Part shown: piece after piece, positions 29,924 through 38,850 of the stretch
How positions within the stretch are numbered: the first letter of the stretch is position 1
Layout: every line of letters begins with the position of its first letter
Source: a virus
DNA: 64,000 nucleotides
Strand: one strand, 5' to 3'
IMG/VR virus record: IMGVR_UViG_3300037961_005106
Coordinates: 1 to 64,000 of that record
Made by a program: the position numbers and the translations under genes
Notes under the pieces: model-generated
What the model saw: only the letters and a program-made list of their open reading frames with translations
Told to the model about the DNA's origin: nothing
Database searches by the model: none

Positions 29924-30694
29924 TTATTTTGAATATCCTGTCCAGGTTCCCTCACGTTTGCGTGCATTTAATGCAGCTTGCGCAGCAGATCCCTTGCGTT
30001 GAACACCATGAACAAGTAGAGCAAAGGGTTTATCACCAAAGCAATGACTATCATCATGGTCAATCTCTAAACCAAGATCAGCAGCTTCTTGTTCTGTATA
30101 AACTACATGAGCGATGCGCTTAAAGACATGCCCGTATCTGGAAAGGAGAGGATCGAGATTACCCCCAACTGAAGCAGTGAGAAACAGGTTAGAAGGAATG
30201 TCATCTTGATTGTTGAGCCAGTAGCTAAGTTGTTTTGTGTAGGCATAGAACTTAATTTCAGGGTGTTGACGAGCAACTTCGAGCCAAGCTTTGAAATAGA
30301 TTTCAGACCAGAAATCACCTGACTCATGGATGCGACACAAGTTATATTTAACTTTGTTTTTATTATGCTGCCATATGCCATATGCAATTGTATCTTCTAA
30401 TGCACCTTGAGGATTTTGTACGCCTTCGCCATAAAGAGTTTCTTTAATGGCATCCCAATTGTGCCAACGTGCATCGCGGCATGGTTTGCTACGTGCTTCA
30501 GACATTGCAGCAAAACATCTGTACTCCTCACCAGTAGCATGAGCTGATTGTGGCAAGTCACGAATCGTACCTGTAGTTCTGTCTGCAAAAGTTTTGCAAT
30601 GACCAGCATTAGGACAGGTGTAACCCGCTGGTAAAGAAAAGATTAGACGTTTACCAAGCTTGGCATTGCCTGTAGAGAACTTTAGGATGTGCAT
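29924..30694 (-). CDS. Gene product 88-family (radical-SAM-like) protein; start at 30694
   Basis: GNAKL...FSLPAGYTCP.A..C...CFA, RIHESGDF, FYAYTK. The ORF-track extension runs through a motif-A hairpin. Confidence 0.75.
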   Translation of the reverse strand: MHILKFSTGNAKLGKRLIFSLPAGYTCPNAGHCKTFADRTTGTIRDLPQSAHATGEEYRCFAAMSEARSKPCRDARWHNWDAIKETLYGEGVQNPQGALEDTIAYGIWQHNKNKVKYNLCRIHESGDFWSEIYFKAWLEVARQHPEIKFYAYTKQLSYWLNNQDDIPSNLFLTASVGGNLDPLLSRYGHVFKRIAHVVYTEQEAADLGLEIDHDDSHCFGDKPFALLVHGVQRKGSAAQAALNARKREGTWTGYSK

Positions 30695-30758
30695 GAGATG
30701 AAATGAAGTGGATTGAATGGGACTTACAACACACATTACTGTGTGTATGCCCATGAGT

Positions 30759-31184
30759 TTAACTACAATACTCTGTATTTTGTTCTCTTTGGTATTGAGT
30801 CATAATTCTTTTTGCTTTCCAAACAGCAGCATCATTAATAAATTTATCAAGGGTGCAACCAATTAAAGCAGCAGCTTCTCTCATATCTTTTAACTCTTGT
30901 GCTTCAAACTTTACAGTAACTTTAGTCTTTATTTCTTTAGCTTTTACCCAATCAATATTCTCTTTTACCCAATCATCAACTTCTTTTTTAACGTAATAGT
31001 TTGAGCCTTTGGAACCAGGGTTAACAGGCGAAGGAAAGATACCTTCTTTTGTCTTACGAATCAAAGTGAATCGTGACATTAGTGTCAAGTCAAGTACTTG
31101 TTGCGTTGTGTAAAAATTCGATCGCTCTTTCCCCCTGGGTATGGTTGAAGAAACAGCAGCGTGAAATTGATTTTCTGGAAGCAT
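30759..31184 (-). CDS. AlpA/excisionase-type HTH protein with C-terminal RHH-like segment
   Basis: TQQVLDLTLMSRFTLIRKTKEGIFPSP...EVDDW; then VTVKF...REAAA..G.TLDKFI.DAA. Confidence 0.7.
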   Translation of the reverse strand: MLPENQFHAAVSSTIPRGKERSNFYTTQQVLDLTLMSRFTLIRKTKEGIFPSPVNPGSKGSNYYVKKEVDDWVKENIDWVKAKEIKTKVTVKFEAQELKDMREAAALIGCTLDKFINDAAVWKAKRIMTQYQREQNTEYCS

Positions 31185-31212
31185 GATGGATTGATTTGGT
31201 CTAGGATAAAGG

Positions 31213-31265
31213 AACGTTCACCTCAGTGCGAGGCGCAATTCACTAGGCAAGGAACGGGGCCTAGG
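31213..31265 (+). ncRNA. Glutamine-II riboswitch (Downstream-peptide RNA)
   Basis: P1 CGUUC/GAACG, P2 CCUC/GAGG, CGCA junction, GGAACGGGG, pseudoknot CUAGG(31243-47)/CCUAG(31260-64); upstream of a YRG peptide. Confidence 0.85.
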
Positions 31266-31283
31266 CTTTAGCGGAGAACTCTC

Positions 31284-31427
31284 ATGCAACTCACCTACCG
31301 TGGGGTTAAGTACCAGGCACAGACTGGTTTGATGGCTCATCTTCTCAAAAAACATGAGGAAGAGTTACGTGCAAAAAAAGAATTAGCACGTGACAAAGAG
31401 TCCATGAAAGCAACCTCAGTCTTTTAA
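31284..31427 (+). CDS. DUF4278 'YRG' peptide (IF17/GifB-related), 47 aa
   Basis: MQLTYRGVKYQAQTGLMAHLLKKHEEELRAKKELARDKESMKATSVF*; GGAG SD. Not in the ORF track. Confidence 0.8.
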   Translation: MQLTYRGVKYQAQTGLMAHLLKKHEEELRAKKELARDKESMKATSVF

Positions 31428-31621
31428 GACCAAGGCCAGCTTAACTCAACGTCAGCTTGCCAGACATCTGGATCAATCTGACGTTCACTAACATATTGAT
31501 TGAATAGGCGTTTCATTTCTTCTAATGAGATGCCTATTTCTTTTGCTTTAACGGCTACATTAGTTTGCCCACGGTAGATAAGATCAAGAGCATCTTCCAA
31601 AGAGGTTACAGTCTTGTGCAT
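31424..31621 (-). CDS. Small HTH-like hypothetical protein
   Basis: NVAVKAKEIGISLEEMK. Confidence 0.55.
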   Translation of the reverse strand: MHKTVTSLEDALDLIYRGQTNVAVKAKEIGISLEEMKRLFNQYVSERQIDPDVWQADVELSWPWS

Positions 31622-32078
31622 CAGGAGTCATGTACTCAGGAATATCAAAATCACAACAGTCATTCTCTTGGTGATAATGCTTACAGTTTAAACATATAAT
31701 TGCTTTCTTGTTTAAATATTTTCCAGCATCTGCTTCAGGAAGTTCAATCGTTGTAATGCGATAATCACAAGCCTGGCATTGCTTTTGTCGTCGTCGATAA
31801 CCACTACCATTTAATCTGCTTTCAATAACTTTTAGAAAACGCCTCCCACAATTGGGACACTTTTCCATGATGGATGCTCTTGCTGCTTTGAGTTGATCTG
31901 CTGTTGGCATTACAAAAGGTTTACGAGAAAAAATACCTGAGCATTGTCGTGAACAAAAAATTTTAAGACGCCCACGTTTTATGTTTGCTTTATGCAACCA
32001 CTTTGAACGTTTAAAAAGTTTTCCACAACACTCACATTTCAGTTGAAGCTCACTTTTATTTAACAGAGTGTGTTCCAC
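31584..32078 (-). CDS. Multi-zinc-ribbon protein with NrdR-like N-domain
   Basis: CECCG..F...FCSRQC; CPNCG....VIESR....RRRQKQCQACDYRITTIE; CLNC.H...C...C. Confidence 0.7.
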   Translation of the reverse strand: MEHTLLNKSELQLKCECCGKLFKRSKWLHKANIKRGRLKIFCSRQCSGIFSRKPFVMPTADQLKAARASIMEKCPNCGRRFLKVIESRLNGSGYRRRQKQCQACDYRITTIELPEADAGKYLNKKAIICLNCKHYHQENDCCDFDIPEYMTPDAQDCNLFGRCS

Positions 32079-32734
32079 ATTGCCTCCGAAATAATTGGAA
32101 ACTGCTGCATAAAAATTGTTTTACATTTTTGAGCAATCTCTTTGTGTTCTTCTTGCGTACCGTTGGCGGTGCGAAGATCAATGTAATGAAGCCAAGAACG
32201 AAGAGTACCATTCATGTACATTTTTGTAGGGGCATTAGGCAAGACAGAACGAGCACATTCTTTTGCAATGCCGTCACTTAACATCTCTTGGTATAGATGT
32301 TCAGCATCTTCAAAGAGAACGCCAATGCGACGGTAATACTCAGAGACTTTAGGTTTACCTAAACGTTCTTCTAAATCATCAAATGATTTTTGACGATTCT
32401 TCAGATCTTGTGAGCGTAAATGTGGAATCAATGGACGACCAATTTCATTTGTATTGGCATAGCGTTGTGAAAATTCCTGGAATGAAAATGATCTGTGCCT
32501 TAATATTTGAGGACTAATTGTCCGTGTAGTGTGTACTTCTAAGCACATGTTGGCCATTTCAAAAGGAGACCAATGGCCATGTTTAATTAAATAACGTAAG
32601 AGCTTTGGACCTGTGTCCATGTTGTCTTCGTTTCTTGGAGCTGAGACTCTTGCAGTACGTACGATCATACGCTCTGCTTCATCAGTACGCCAAACTAATG
32701 AGACGGTGTGAGGTGAGAACATAGCGGATGTCAA
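32060..32734 (-). CDS. thyX: FAD-dependent thymidylate synthase
   Basis: HGHWSPFE, RHRSFSFQEFSQRY, KECARSVLP, LRSWLHYIDLR. Confidence 0.95.
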   Translation of the reverse strand: MTSAMFSPHTVSLVWRTDEAERMIVRTARVSAPRNEDNMDTGPKLLRYLIKHGHWSPFEMANMCLEVHTTRTISPQILRHRSFSFQEFSQRYANTNEIGRPLIPHLRSQDLKNRQKSFDDLEERLGKPKVSEYYRRIGVLFEDAEHLYQEMLSDGIAKECARSVLPNAPTKMYMNGTLRSWLHYIDLRTANGTQEEHKEIAQKCKTIFMQQFPIISEAMWNTLC

Positions 32735-33018
32735 TTGATTTTCTCTCGTTCATTCTTAACAACTGCGTCGATTGCTGCCTGATTAGGAGCTAAAGCAATA
32801 CGCATTGTCATATGCCATTCAGAAGAGGATGAACCATCCCATTGAATGAGGAGCCAAGGCATAAGAGTGCCCCTTGCATTTGATTTGTATTGAACTTCGT
32901 GGACAGTACCTAGCTTTGTTCTTGGAGGAAGAGCGCCTTTAATGTTGCTCATCATTGATCTAGGTTTGTGGATGACTCGGTCACCAACATTGAATTGAAC
33001 TTGTTTGCGTTTAGTCAT
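32731..33018 (-). CDS. Small SH3/KOW-like hypothetical protein
   Basis: FNVGDRV...GTV......IQWDG. Confidence 0.6.
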   Translation of the reverse strand: MTKRKQVQFNVGDRVIHKPRSMMSNIKGALPPRTKLGTVHEVQYKSNARGTLMPWLLIQWDGSSSSEWHMTMRIALAPNQAAIDAVVKNEREKIN

Positions 33019-33034
33019 TGAGAATTAGTATGCA

Positions 33035-33066
33035 GAGAAATACCCGGCTGCAGCAACAACCGGGTA
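33035..33066 (-). terminator. Hairpin, possible terminator downstream of the tRNA
   Basis: UACCCGG...CCGGGUA followed by UUUCUCU. Confidence 0.45.
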
Positions 33067-33174
33067 AGTAGTACACGCCCCTACCGAAGGATAGATCAGG
33101 TGCTAAGGCTGATCTGGACGTATCTTAGTGAGTGCAATTAGGTGGGTCAAGTTGAAAAGTATTAAGTTAATTGT

Positions 33175-33262
33175 TGGTAGGAGTGGCGAGACTTGAACTC
33201 GCACGGCCATAGTGGCCCACAGATTTTAAGTCTGATGTGTCTACCGATTCCACCACACTCCC
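33175..33262 (-). tRNA. tRNA-Leu (anticodon UAA), encoded CCA
   Basis: GGGAGTG acceptor, TGGTGGAATCGGTAGACAC D-arm, CAGAC-TTAAAA-TCTG anticodon arm, long variable arm, GTTCAAG T-loop, ACCA end. Confidence 0.95.
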
Positions 33263-33316
33263 AGGCTAGGACTTACACCAAAACTTTGTATTGGATGCCT
33301 AGACGGTTACCTTTGT

Positions 33317-36300
33317 TTACTCATCGAGTTGCCAGTCAAGATCTAATTCTTCTAAGAATTGAATCTTGTCATAGTCAGTACCATCAATAGGTGGTGGTAG
33401 ATCATCATGTTCTAGTGAAAAGCATGCACTACAAATCCCTGGGCCATACTCTGCAGGATGTGCAAGCTCTGGTGGATTGTAACAAGGAGCAAGTGTTTGC
33501 ACCATGTTATCAATTTGGGCAGTAGCAATCCAGTGAGTAGTTCCATTAGAGTCTGTTTGATCTAAATCAATGTCGTAAACAAGAAGAATAAGTTTCATTT
33601 GCGCACCGTAAGATGTTTAACCATGGTGTAACCCATAGATTTGATGTCAGTAGCTTTAGAAGCAAAGATTCCATTAGGCCCGTACTCCTCAAAGAGTTCG
33701 GGCCATGTGGTTAAGATCTTTTGCTGGTTACGTAAATCAGATCTACGGTAGAGAGCAGCAAGTCCTTTGACAAAACCGCCACCATAGGTTTCCATTCGAT
33801 CAAGAGTTTGATCAAGGTGTTGAGTAGTAATCATGAATTGAATTGAATGAACAGTGAGAGTCTAGGACTTACATGTTGGGGATACAATGCCTAGTAATAA
33901 GTATTTACTTAAAGGTATATAAGTATTCTTGGTGGCCCTCCGGGGGTGCAGGGGGCTTTATTGTTCCTTAATGTTTGCCAAGTATCTAGCATATGCTCCC
34001 CTCTTTGGGGCACGATACTTTCTATTCTGTGGCTGTGGCTTCTTAGTTACATAGACACGCTGTCCGTTTCGCATGTAGTAAAGACCTCCGCGTTTACCTT
34101 CGATGAGCTCAACGTTAGTAGGCAATGCGCTTACATGATTCAACGTCATTCGTTGTCAGACCACATGTCAGGTTTAGAGTTGTGCTCCGGCAGATCAGGA
34201 GTCCTGAAGTCTGGGAGCTCAGTCGATACTACATTACGGAAGCTGATTCCGGTACCGGGGAGCCCTAAAGATCCCCGGATGCCGTGTTCGCTAAGGTTTG
34301 CTGTGACTTGGAAGGGACCAACCTTGATTGTCTTGGAGTAGGACTTAACACCACGTTCAGTGATGTTGATGCCTGCAATAGTTTTGTCAAAGTTGATCAG
34401 TGATTTCTTTCGTGCCATGGTTTGTGTGTTGGAGTGAAGTGACAAAGAAGTAACTAGCTGTATCTCTATGATGTTTGATATGTACGTCAGTCTTGGAGCA
34501 TCTGATTCTTAACTCAGTGCCATCCGGTAAGATAACAAAGAGTGTTTGCTCAGGTAGTGCATCAATTGTTGGCATAGAATACAATGAATGATAAGGTTTG
34601 CTTATGTCCTGGATGTTATTTCCAGTACATTTGACGGATGTAATACCAAAGTACTTCTTCAGTTAAGCTGCACCCTGGGTTCTCCGCCAATAACTTAACT
34701 GCTTCGTCAAGTTCTTTTTGTGAACCATTGGCATAAGTAACGGACCATGCAACATCTTCCATGCGTTCCCATAAAGCTGTAGCTTCTGGGGTTAACTTGG
34801 AATGACGAGGTAGATCACGTCCTTTTGCTTCATAATGTTCACCATAAATGTCTTTAACTGTGTCCATAAATTAAGTTAAGTTGACATGAAAAAGCCTGGG
34901 ACTTACGCATGATAGCTGCCCAGAAGTGAGTTAGAGTCTGTTGTTAGTATCTAGCAATAGTGAGGCCGCTCGGTGGGATAGTGTGTTGCATACCCTGAGC
35001 CGAGGGTGGCCTGAGTTGCGGAAAGATTTCGACTGTCACAGATGCTTCCTTGGTTGAATAGGTCGTAATGTTTCGTGAGTTCGAGGCAACGTCTGATGCA
35101 TTGCTTTTTGGAGAAGATGCAGTGGGTGGCGATGGCTTGACCAACTTCGTACCACCATCCTCCTTCTTCTGGCCCACCGTACGCTTGGTAGACTTCGTGG
35201 ATTTTGATTGTCTTTGGGGCTTCACCACTAAAGCTTTCTGCCCAGTTGTATTGGTCAATCCAATATCTTGTTGCGCCTGTACGGGGGTAACGTTTGAGGT
35301 AGGCGTTTGCGAGGGCCATAGAAGAAGTGATAGAAGAGCAAGAATGTGATCGATGATGTGGTATTCAGTTGTGTTAGAACTTCCCATCAGGATGCTGTGA
35401 GATAAAGTTTTCGTAGTCAGGATCAATGCCTTCGGGAGGATCCATTTCCTCTCGCATTGCTTGCTCCTGTTGATAGGCGATGTCAGCAAGGATGTCAATC
35501 TCATCCTGCTTAATTTGTTTAGTGAGGCGGTCGAGTTCAGACATGGTTGACATGATGTTAAATTGAATGGGTATTAAAGACTGGGACTTACGTTGTTGAG
35601 GTACTCCAGGTATTGGCCTGATGTAATTCGACATACTGCCCAGTGCATTTTACTGAGGTGGACTACATGCATCAGCGTAGAGAAAACTACCGCTCCAGTC
35701 AGCCTTATGTAACGCAGCCGCATAAGAACTGTCGTTTAATAAGTTGTAACGTACTTGACGTATTGGAGAACAATAGGAGGCAGGCTTGTAAACATTCCCT
35801 TTGCTATCAATGAAGCACCATGTTTCAGTAGTAGGACCACCCAACATGTTCTTCCATGAGATTGTTAGCTCAAGTCTGATGTACTTTCTACCTTGGTATT
35901 GACGGAATGTAAGAGATTTCTCACGTTCCTTAACACCTTTTCGATAGTACTTACTGATGGCAGACTCAGTAAGGTTGTTGATGCGTTCTTGAAGGATTGA
36001 TGTTGTCATGATTAACAGGCAGGTCCATAGTATTTCTCCAGCCCCCTGGGACAGACCGGTGACTCATAGTTGAGTGCATAAGTGCCTGCACCTATCAGTG
36101 CTAGGCATGTAATGACACCAACAATGATGGGCGCTGTGAGAGGGGGACGGGAGTATGAATCGAGTGTGACGTACTTGTTCTTGCCAAGACGTACTGTGTG
36201 AATTGCCATGTCAAGTCTGCGTATTGAGTTTGAAGGTGTCAAGATGTTTAGTAATGAAACCAGAATCCCAGATAGTAGGTAAGCATTGCTCACTTACTGT

Positions 36301-36474
36301 TTCTTGGATGCCATCGACAATGGTCATGACACGACACCAATTAGTGTTCTTGTCAGGATGATGTGCGATAACGCAGGCAGTATAGTCATCTCCTTCTGAG
36401 AAGACCATCCACTTAAGTTCCTGGGCTTGTTTGATTGCCCATTCCCTAAGCTCACTAGTCGTTGGTGAAGTCAT
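33317..36474 (-). CDS. Cluster of small early genes (33317-33598, 33595-33834, 33958-34149, 34616-34867, 34951-35319, ~35374-35555, 36012-36210, 36211-36474)
   Basis: Tightly packed co-directional ORFs; no recognisable function. Confidence 0.6.
34146..34418 (-). CDS. DUF4236-like protein
   Basis: SKTIKVGPFQVTANLSEHGIRGSLGLPGTGISFR. Confidence 0.6.
   Translation of the reverse strand: MARKKSLINFDKTIAGINITERGVKSYSKTIKVGPFQVTANLSEHGIRGSLGLPGTGISFRNVVSTELPDFRTPDLPEHNSKPDMWSDNE
35650..36009 (-). CDS. Conserved cyanophage early protein
   Basis: GRKYI...CFIDSKGNVYKPASY..P...RYNL...ADWSGSFLY. Confidence 0.6.
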   Translation of the reverse strand: MTTSILQERINNLTESAISKYYRKGVKEREKSLTFRQYQGRKYIRLELTISWKNMLGGPTTETWCFIDSKGNVYKPASYCSPIRQVRYNLLNDSSYAAALHKADWSGSFLYADACSPPQ

Positions 36475-36650
36475 TTGGAATTGAATGAGGTGTACCCTGG
36501 GACTTATACACTGATGTGATGCCCAGGGTGTAGTTATAGTTACAATTTAGTTGTAAAGAGATGCATACAATTACTACAGTTGAATTAATAGAATGGCAGT
36601 AGCAACAGTTGTATGCATGCTCGGGATGAGTGCGTTAGGTGCTTGGTTAT

Positions 36651-37828
36651 TTACACCGCGTACTCGTATGTGAACTGACGCTCTAGTTGATGCCAAGCAT
36701 TACGACAAGCGTCATAGATCTCCTTGCGATTCTTATACACAATCACTGCTCCTTCCCAGGTAAGCTGAGTTAGCAGAATGATTAATGCAATCGCATGGAT
36801 AATTAACCACCGTAGTGGTTTATGTAGATGTCTACGGTAGAACTTACCTACCTGGTAGCCAGCATTGTATGTGTGACGAACGAGGTTCGCCATGAAGTTG
36901 AGGCAGAACAGAATAGCTGTGATGCTAAACAGTTCGCCGCCGATAGCGTAAAGACGTACGGCAGCAGTGATGAAGCTGTCAACATGAGACAGCAGATGAA
37001 GAGTAGTCATGAGTTTGAATTGAATAAAGGATTGTGCAGGAGTGAGTCCTGCAGAAAACCCCCGAAGGGGCTTAGTGCAGAAGTCATTTAGACATAAGAC
37101 TTTCTAGGTATTCACGTTCAAGGCAAATACCGTAGTTGTAGTAGTCTTTCATCTCTTCCCATAGATCTTTAACCCTGGTAGGCATCTCCATCAATGTACG
37201 AACATCGATGTCAATCCATTCATAGTTACCATCGAAGTTTGGCGTTGCAACGATGCCCCACTTTTGGAAGTGAAGCTGTGTTGATTCACCACCGTACCAA
37301 GCGATACGATAGATACGTTTGTCAGCATCGACAGGACGATCAGGTTGATAGATAAGAAGATCACGTTTGATAGACGGCCAGGTGGATGGGTCGTCAGTGT
37401 ATTCAGTCATTGGTTTGACTTAAGTTGAGTTGAACACAGGATGTAGAGTCCTGCAGAGAAGGGCCGAAGCCCCTCAGTGCAGAAGTCAGGTTACTTCCTT
37501 CTACCTTGATAGATTTTGAAAGCAAGGAAAGCACATGCAGCACCAACTGGTAGGCCGACTAAAGCAGCCATACCAATAATGCCAGCACTTGTTCCATAAG
37601 ATACAAGATCATCGGTAGATTTAGAGAGTTTGGTCATTGACCTAGATAGCGAATGTGCATACAAGCTTTAGCATCACCTACCCACGATGTTAACGTGACT
37701 ATGCGATGGTAATCAGGTTGAGCTCTGCAAGTCTCTATTGCACGTTGGTTCAGATGCTTCTGACCAGCAACAGATAGAAGACCTCCTAAACCTATGCCTA
37801 GAATTACAGCAAGGTACGACTTAGCCAT
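36651..37828 (-). CDS. Early genes 36651-37010 (membrane), 37084-37410, 37491-37637 (48-aa membrane), 37634-37828 (membrane)
   Basis: ORF track plus manual translation; three carry hydrophobic helices. Confidence 0.6.
37035..37488 (-). repeat. Structured RNA motif B, two copies (37035-37086, 37435-37488)
   Basis: UGACUUCUGCACU-[7-bp stem, cUUCGg]-UCUGCAGGACUC..UCCUG; inner stem covaries. Confidence 0.7.
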
Positions 37829-37846
37829 AGTTACAAATAAGAATGA

Positions 37847-37873
37847 AGAAAAAAGGGGACTTTACAGCCCCCT
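37847..37873 (-). terminator. Intrinsic terminator after the first four early genes
   Basis: AGGGGGC-UGUAAA-GUCCCCU followed by UUUUU on the - strand. Confidence 0.7.
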
Positions 37874-37880
37874 GGTTTGG

Positions 37881-38246
37881 TCAGGAAACAATAGATGCTT
37901 CAACAACTACTGCTTCAACATCTGGAGCACCATGGTGGCGTGTGTGTGCTTGTTGATACTTCACTTCACGCTCATCACGTGAGCGCTTATAGGTATCACC
38001 CTGTTCTGCTGAGCAGGTATGCACGTTGCCACGGGCACTGACATAGATGTAACAGTTATGTTCTTGTGACCACTGACCTTGATGATAAGCAAGGGCTTCA
38101 TCGTTGTACTCATAACCGAACTTGACGGTATGAGTTTTCTTGAAGCCATCCTCATCTGTCCAACAGGCTGAGAGCCTGGTGAGACGATCAGCTTCTTCTT
38201 CGATCATCTGGATGGAAGGAACCATCAGTCGCAATGCGTTAAGCAT
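37881..38246 (-). CDS. Early hypothetical protein (start MLNALR...)
   Basis: ATG just downstream of the motif-C RNA. Confidence 0.6.
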   Translation of the reverse strand: MLNALRLMVPSIQMIEEEADRLTRLSACWTDEDGFKKTHTVKFGYEYNDEALAYHQGQWSQEHNCYIYVSARGNVHTCSAEQGDTYKRSRDEREVKYQQAHTRHHGAPDVEAVVVEASIVS

Positions 38247-38260
38247 GAGTTGCGTTGAGT

Positions 38261-38338
38261 TGTGTGGTGCCCATCTCCACTGAGGGCAATAACTGGACCA
38301 GGGTTTGCACCTGGTCACCCGCTTTAACGGATCAGCTA
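38261..38338 (-). ncRNA. Structured RNA motif C, copy 3 (tRNA-elbow-like junction + pseudoknot)
   Basis: UAGCUG A UCCG UUAAAG CGGG U GACCAGG UGCAAAC CCUGGUC CAGUUA U UGCCC UCA GUGG AGAU GGGCA CCAC. Confidence 0.8.
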
Positions 38339-38565
38339 AGCAGCTTGATTGCATACTTGGCAATCTCTGCTGCATGTTCCCTGGTTAGTACCTGGGAGTG
38401 TCCGTCCTCCATCAGATTTCTAATCTGTTGGAAGACAATCTCGCCAGACTCTTCACGAGTAGGAACGTGAGTTTCCTCACGAAGGCGAGTGGGTAACCCC
38501 ATCTCTTGTGCTGCCATCGCATCAGGCGATGTAGCGTAAAGAGCGGAGTTGGTGTAGTTGGTCAC
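38332..38565 (-). CDS. Early hypothetical protein (GTG start)
   Basis: CAGGAG SD then GTG ACC AAC. Confidence 0.6.
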   Translation of the reverse strand: MTNYTNSALYATSPDAMAAQEMGLPTRLREETHVPTREESGEIVFQQIRNLMEDGHSQVLTREHAAEIAKYAIKLLS

Positions 38566-38580
38566 AGGTATTCTCCTGTG

Positions 38581-38659
38581 TGTGCAGTGCCTATCTCTGC
38601 TGGAGGCAATAACTGTCAGGGGCATTGAACCCCTGATGCCAGCCTTTACTGGTCAGCTA
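38581..38659 (-). ncRNA. Structured RNA motif C, copy 2
   Basis: UAGCUG A CCAG UAAAGG CUGG CA UCAGGGG UUCAAUG CCCCUGA CAGUUA U UGCCU CCA GCAG AGAU AGGCA CUGC. Confidence 0.8.
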
Positions 38660-38837
38660 AGGCAGCTAACTCTGCACGAGTTGGCAGTCCGGCTTCAATG
38701 TCAATTAAATCCTGTTCGCATTCAATGACAGTGTCACCCCCGTAGACGTACGGAGGCTGACCATCTTTCTCAGCCATCTCATTGAGAGTGGTTGGAAAGG
38801 TAAGGTCATAACCGGGAACCTTGTTGTTGGTGCTCAC
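38646..38837 (-). CDS. Early hypothetical acidic protein (GTG start)
   Basis: CAGGAG SD then GTG AGC ACC. Confidence 0.6.
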   Translation of the reverse strand: MSTNNKVPGYDLTFPTTLNEMAEKDGQPPYVYGGDTVIECEQDLIDIEAGLPTRAELAALADQ

Positions 38838-38850
38838 AGGTAACTCCTGC

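Larger units (their letters stand above)
24678..36529 (-). repeat. Dispersed hairpin motif A, nine copies: 24678-24702, 26869-26900, 27803-27830, 30717-30754, 33266-33302, 33862-33894, 34896-34923, 35580-35644, 36494-36529
   Basis: (C/A)URGG-CA-[variable stem-loop]-RUAAGN-CCYA(G/U), always intergenic and always in the same orientation. Confidence 0.85.

Noticed and set aside
30759-33262. Integration module (AlpA/Xis-like gene, tRNA as att site)
   Set aside because: No integrase, repressor or att duplication in the window.
33193-33390. + strand 65-aa ORF
   Set aside because: Antisense to tRNA-Leu and a motif-A hairpin.
24678-36529. Motif A as CRISPR repeats or intrinsic terminators
   Set aside because: Dispersed between genes rather than regularly spaced, variable interior, no U-tract, no cas operon.
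37035-37488. Motif B read on the + strand resembles hairpin/hatchet ribozyme fragments (AGUCCUG...AGAAGUCA)
   Set aside because: Loop A geometry is wrong and no loop B is present; UUCG loops and G-U pairs favour the - strand.
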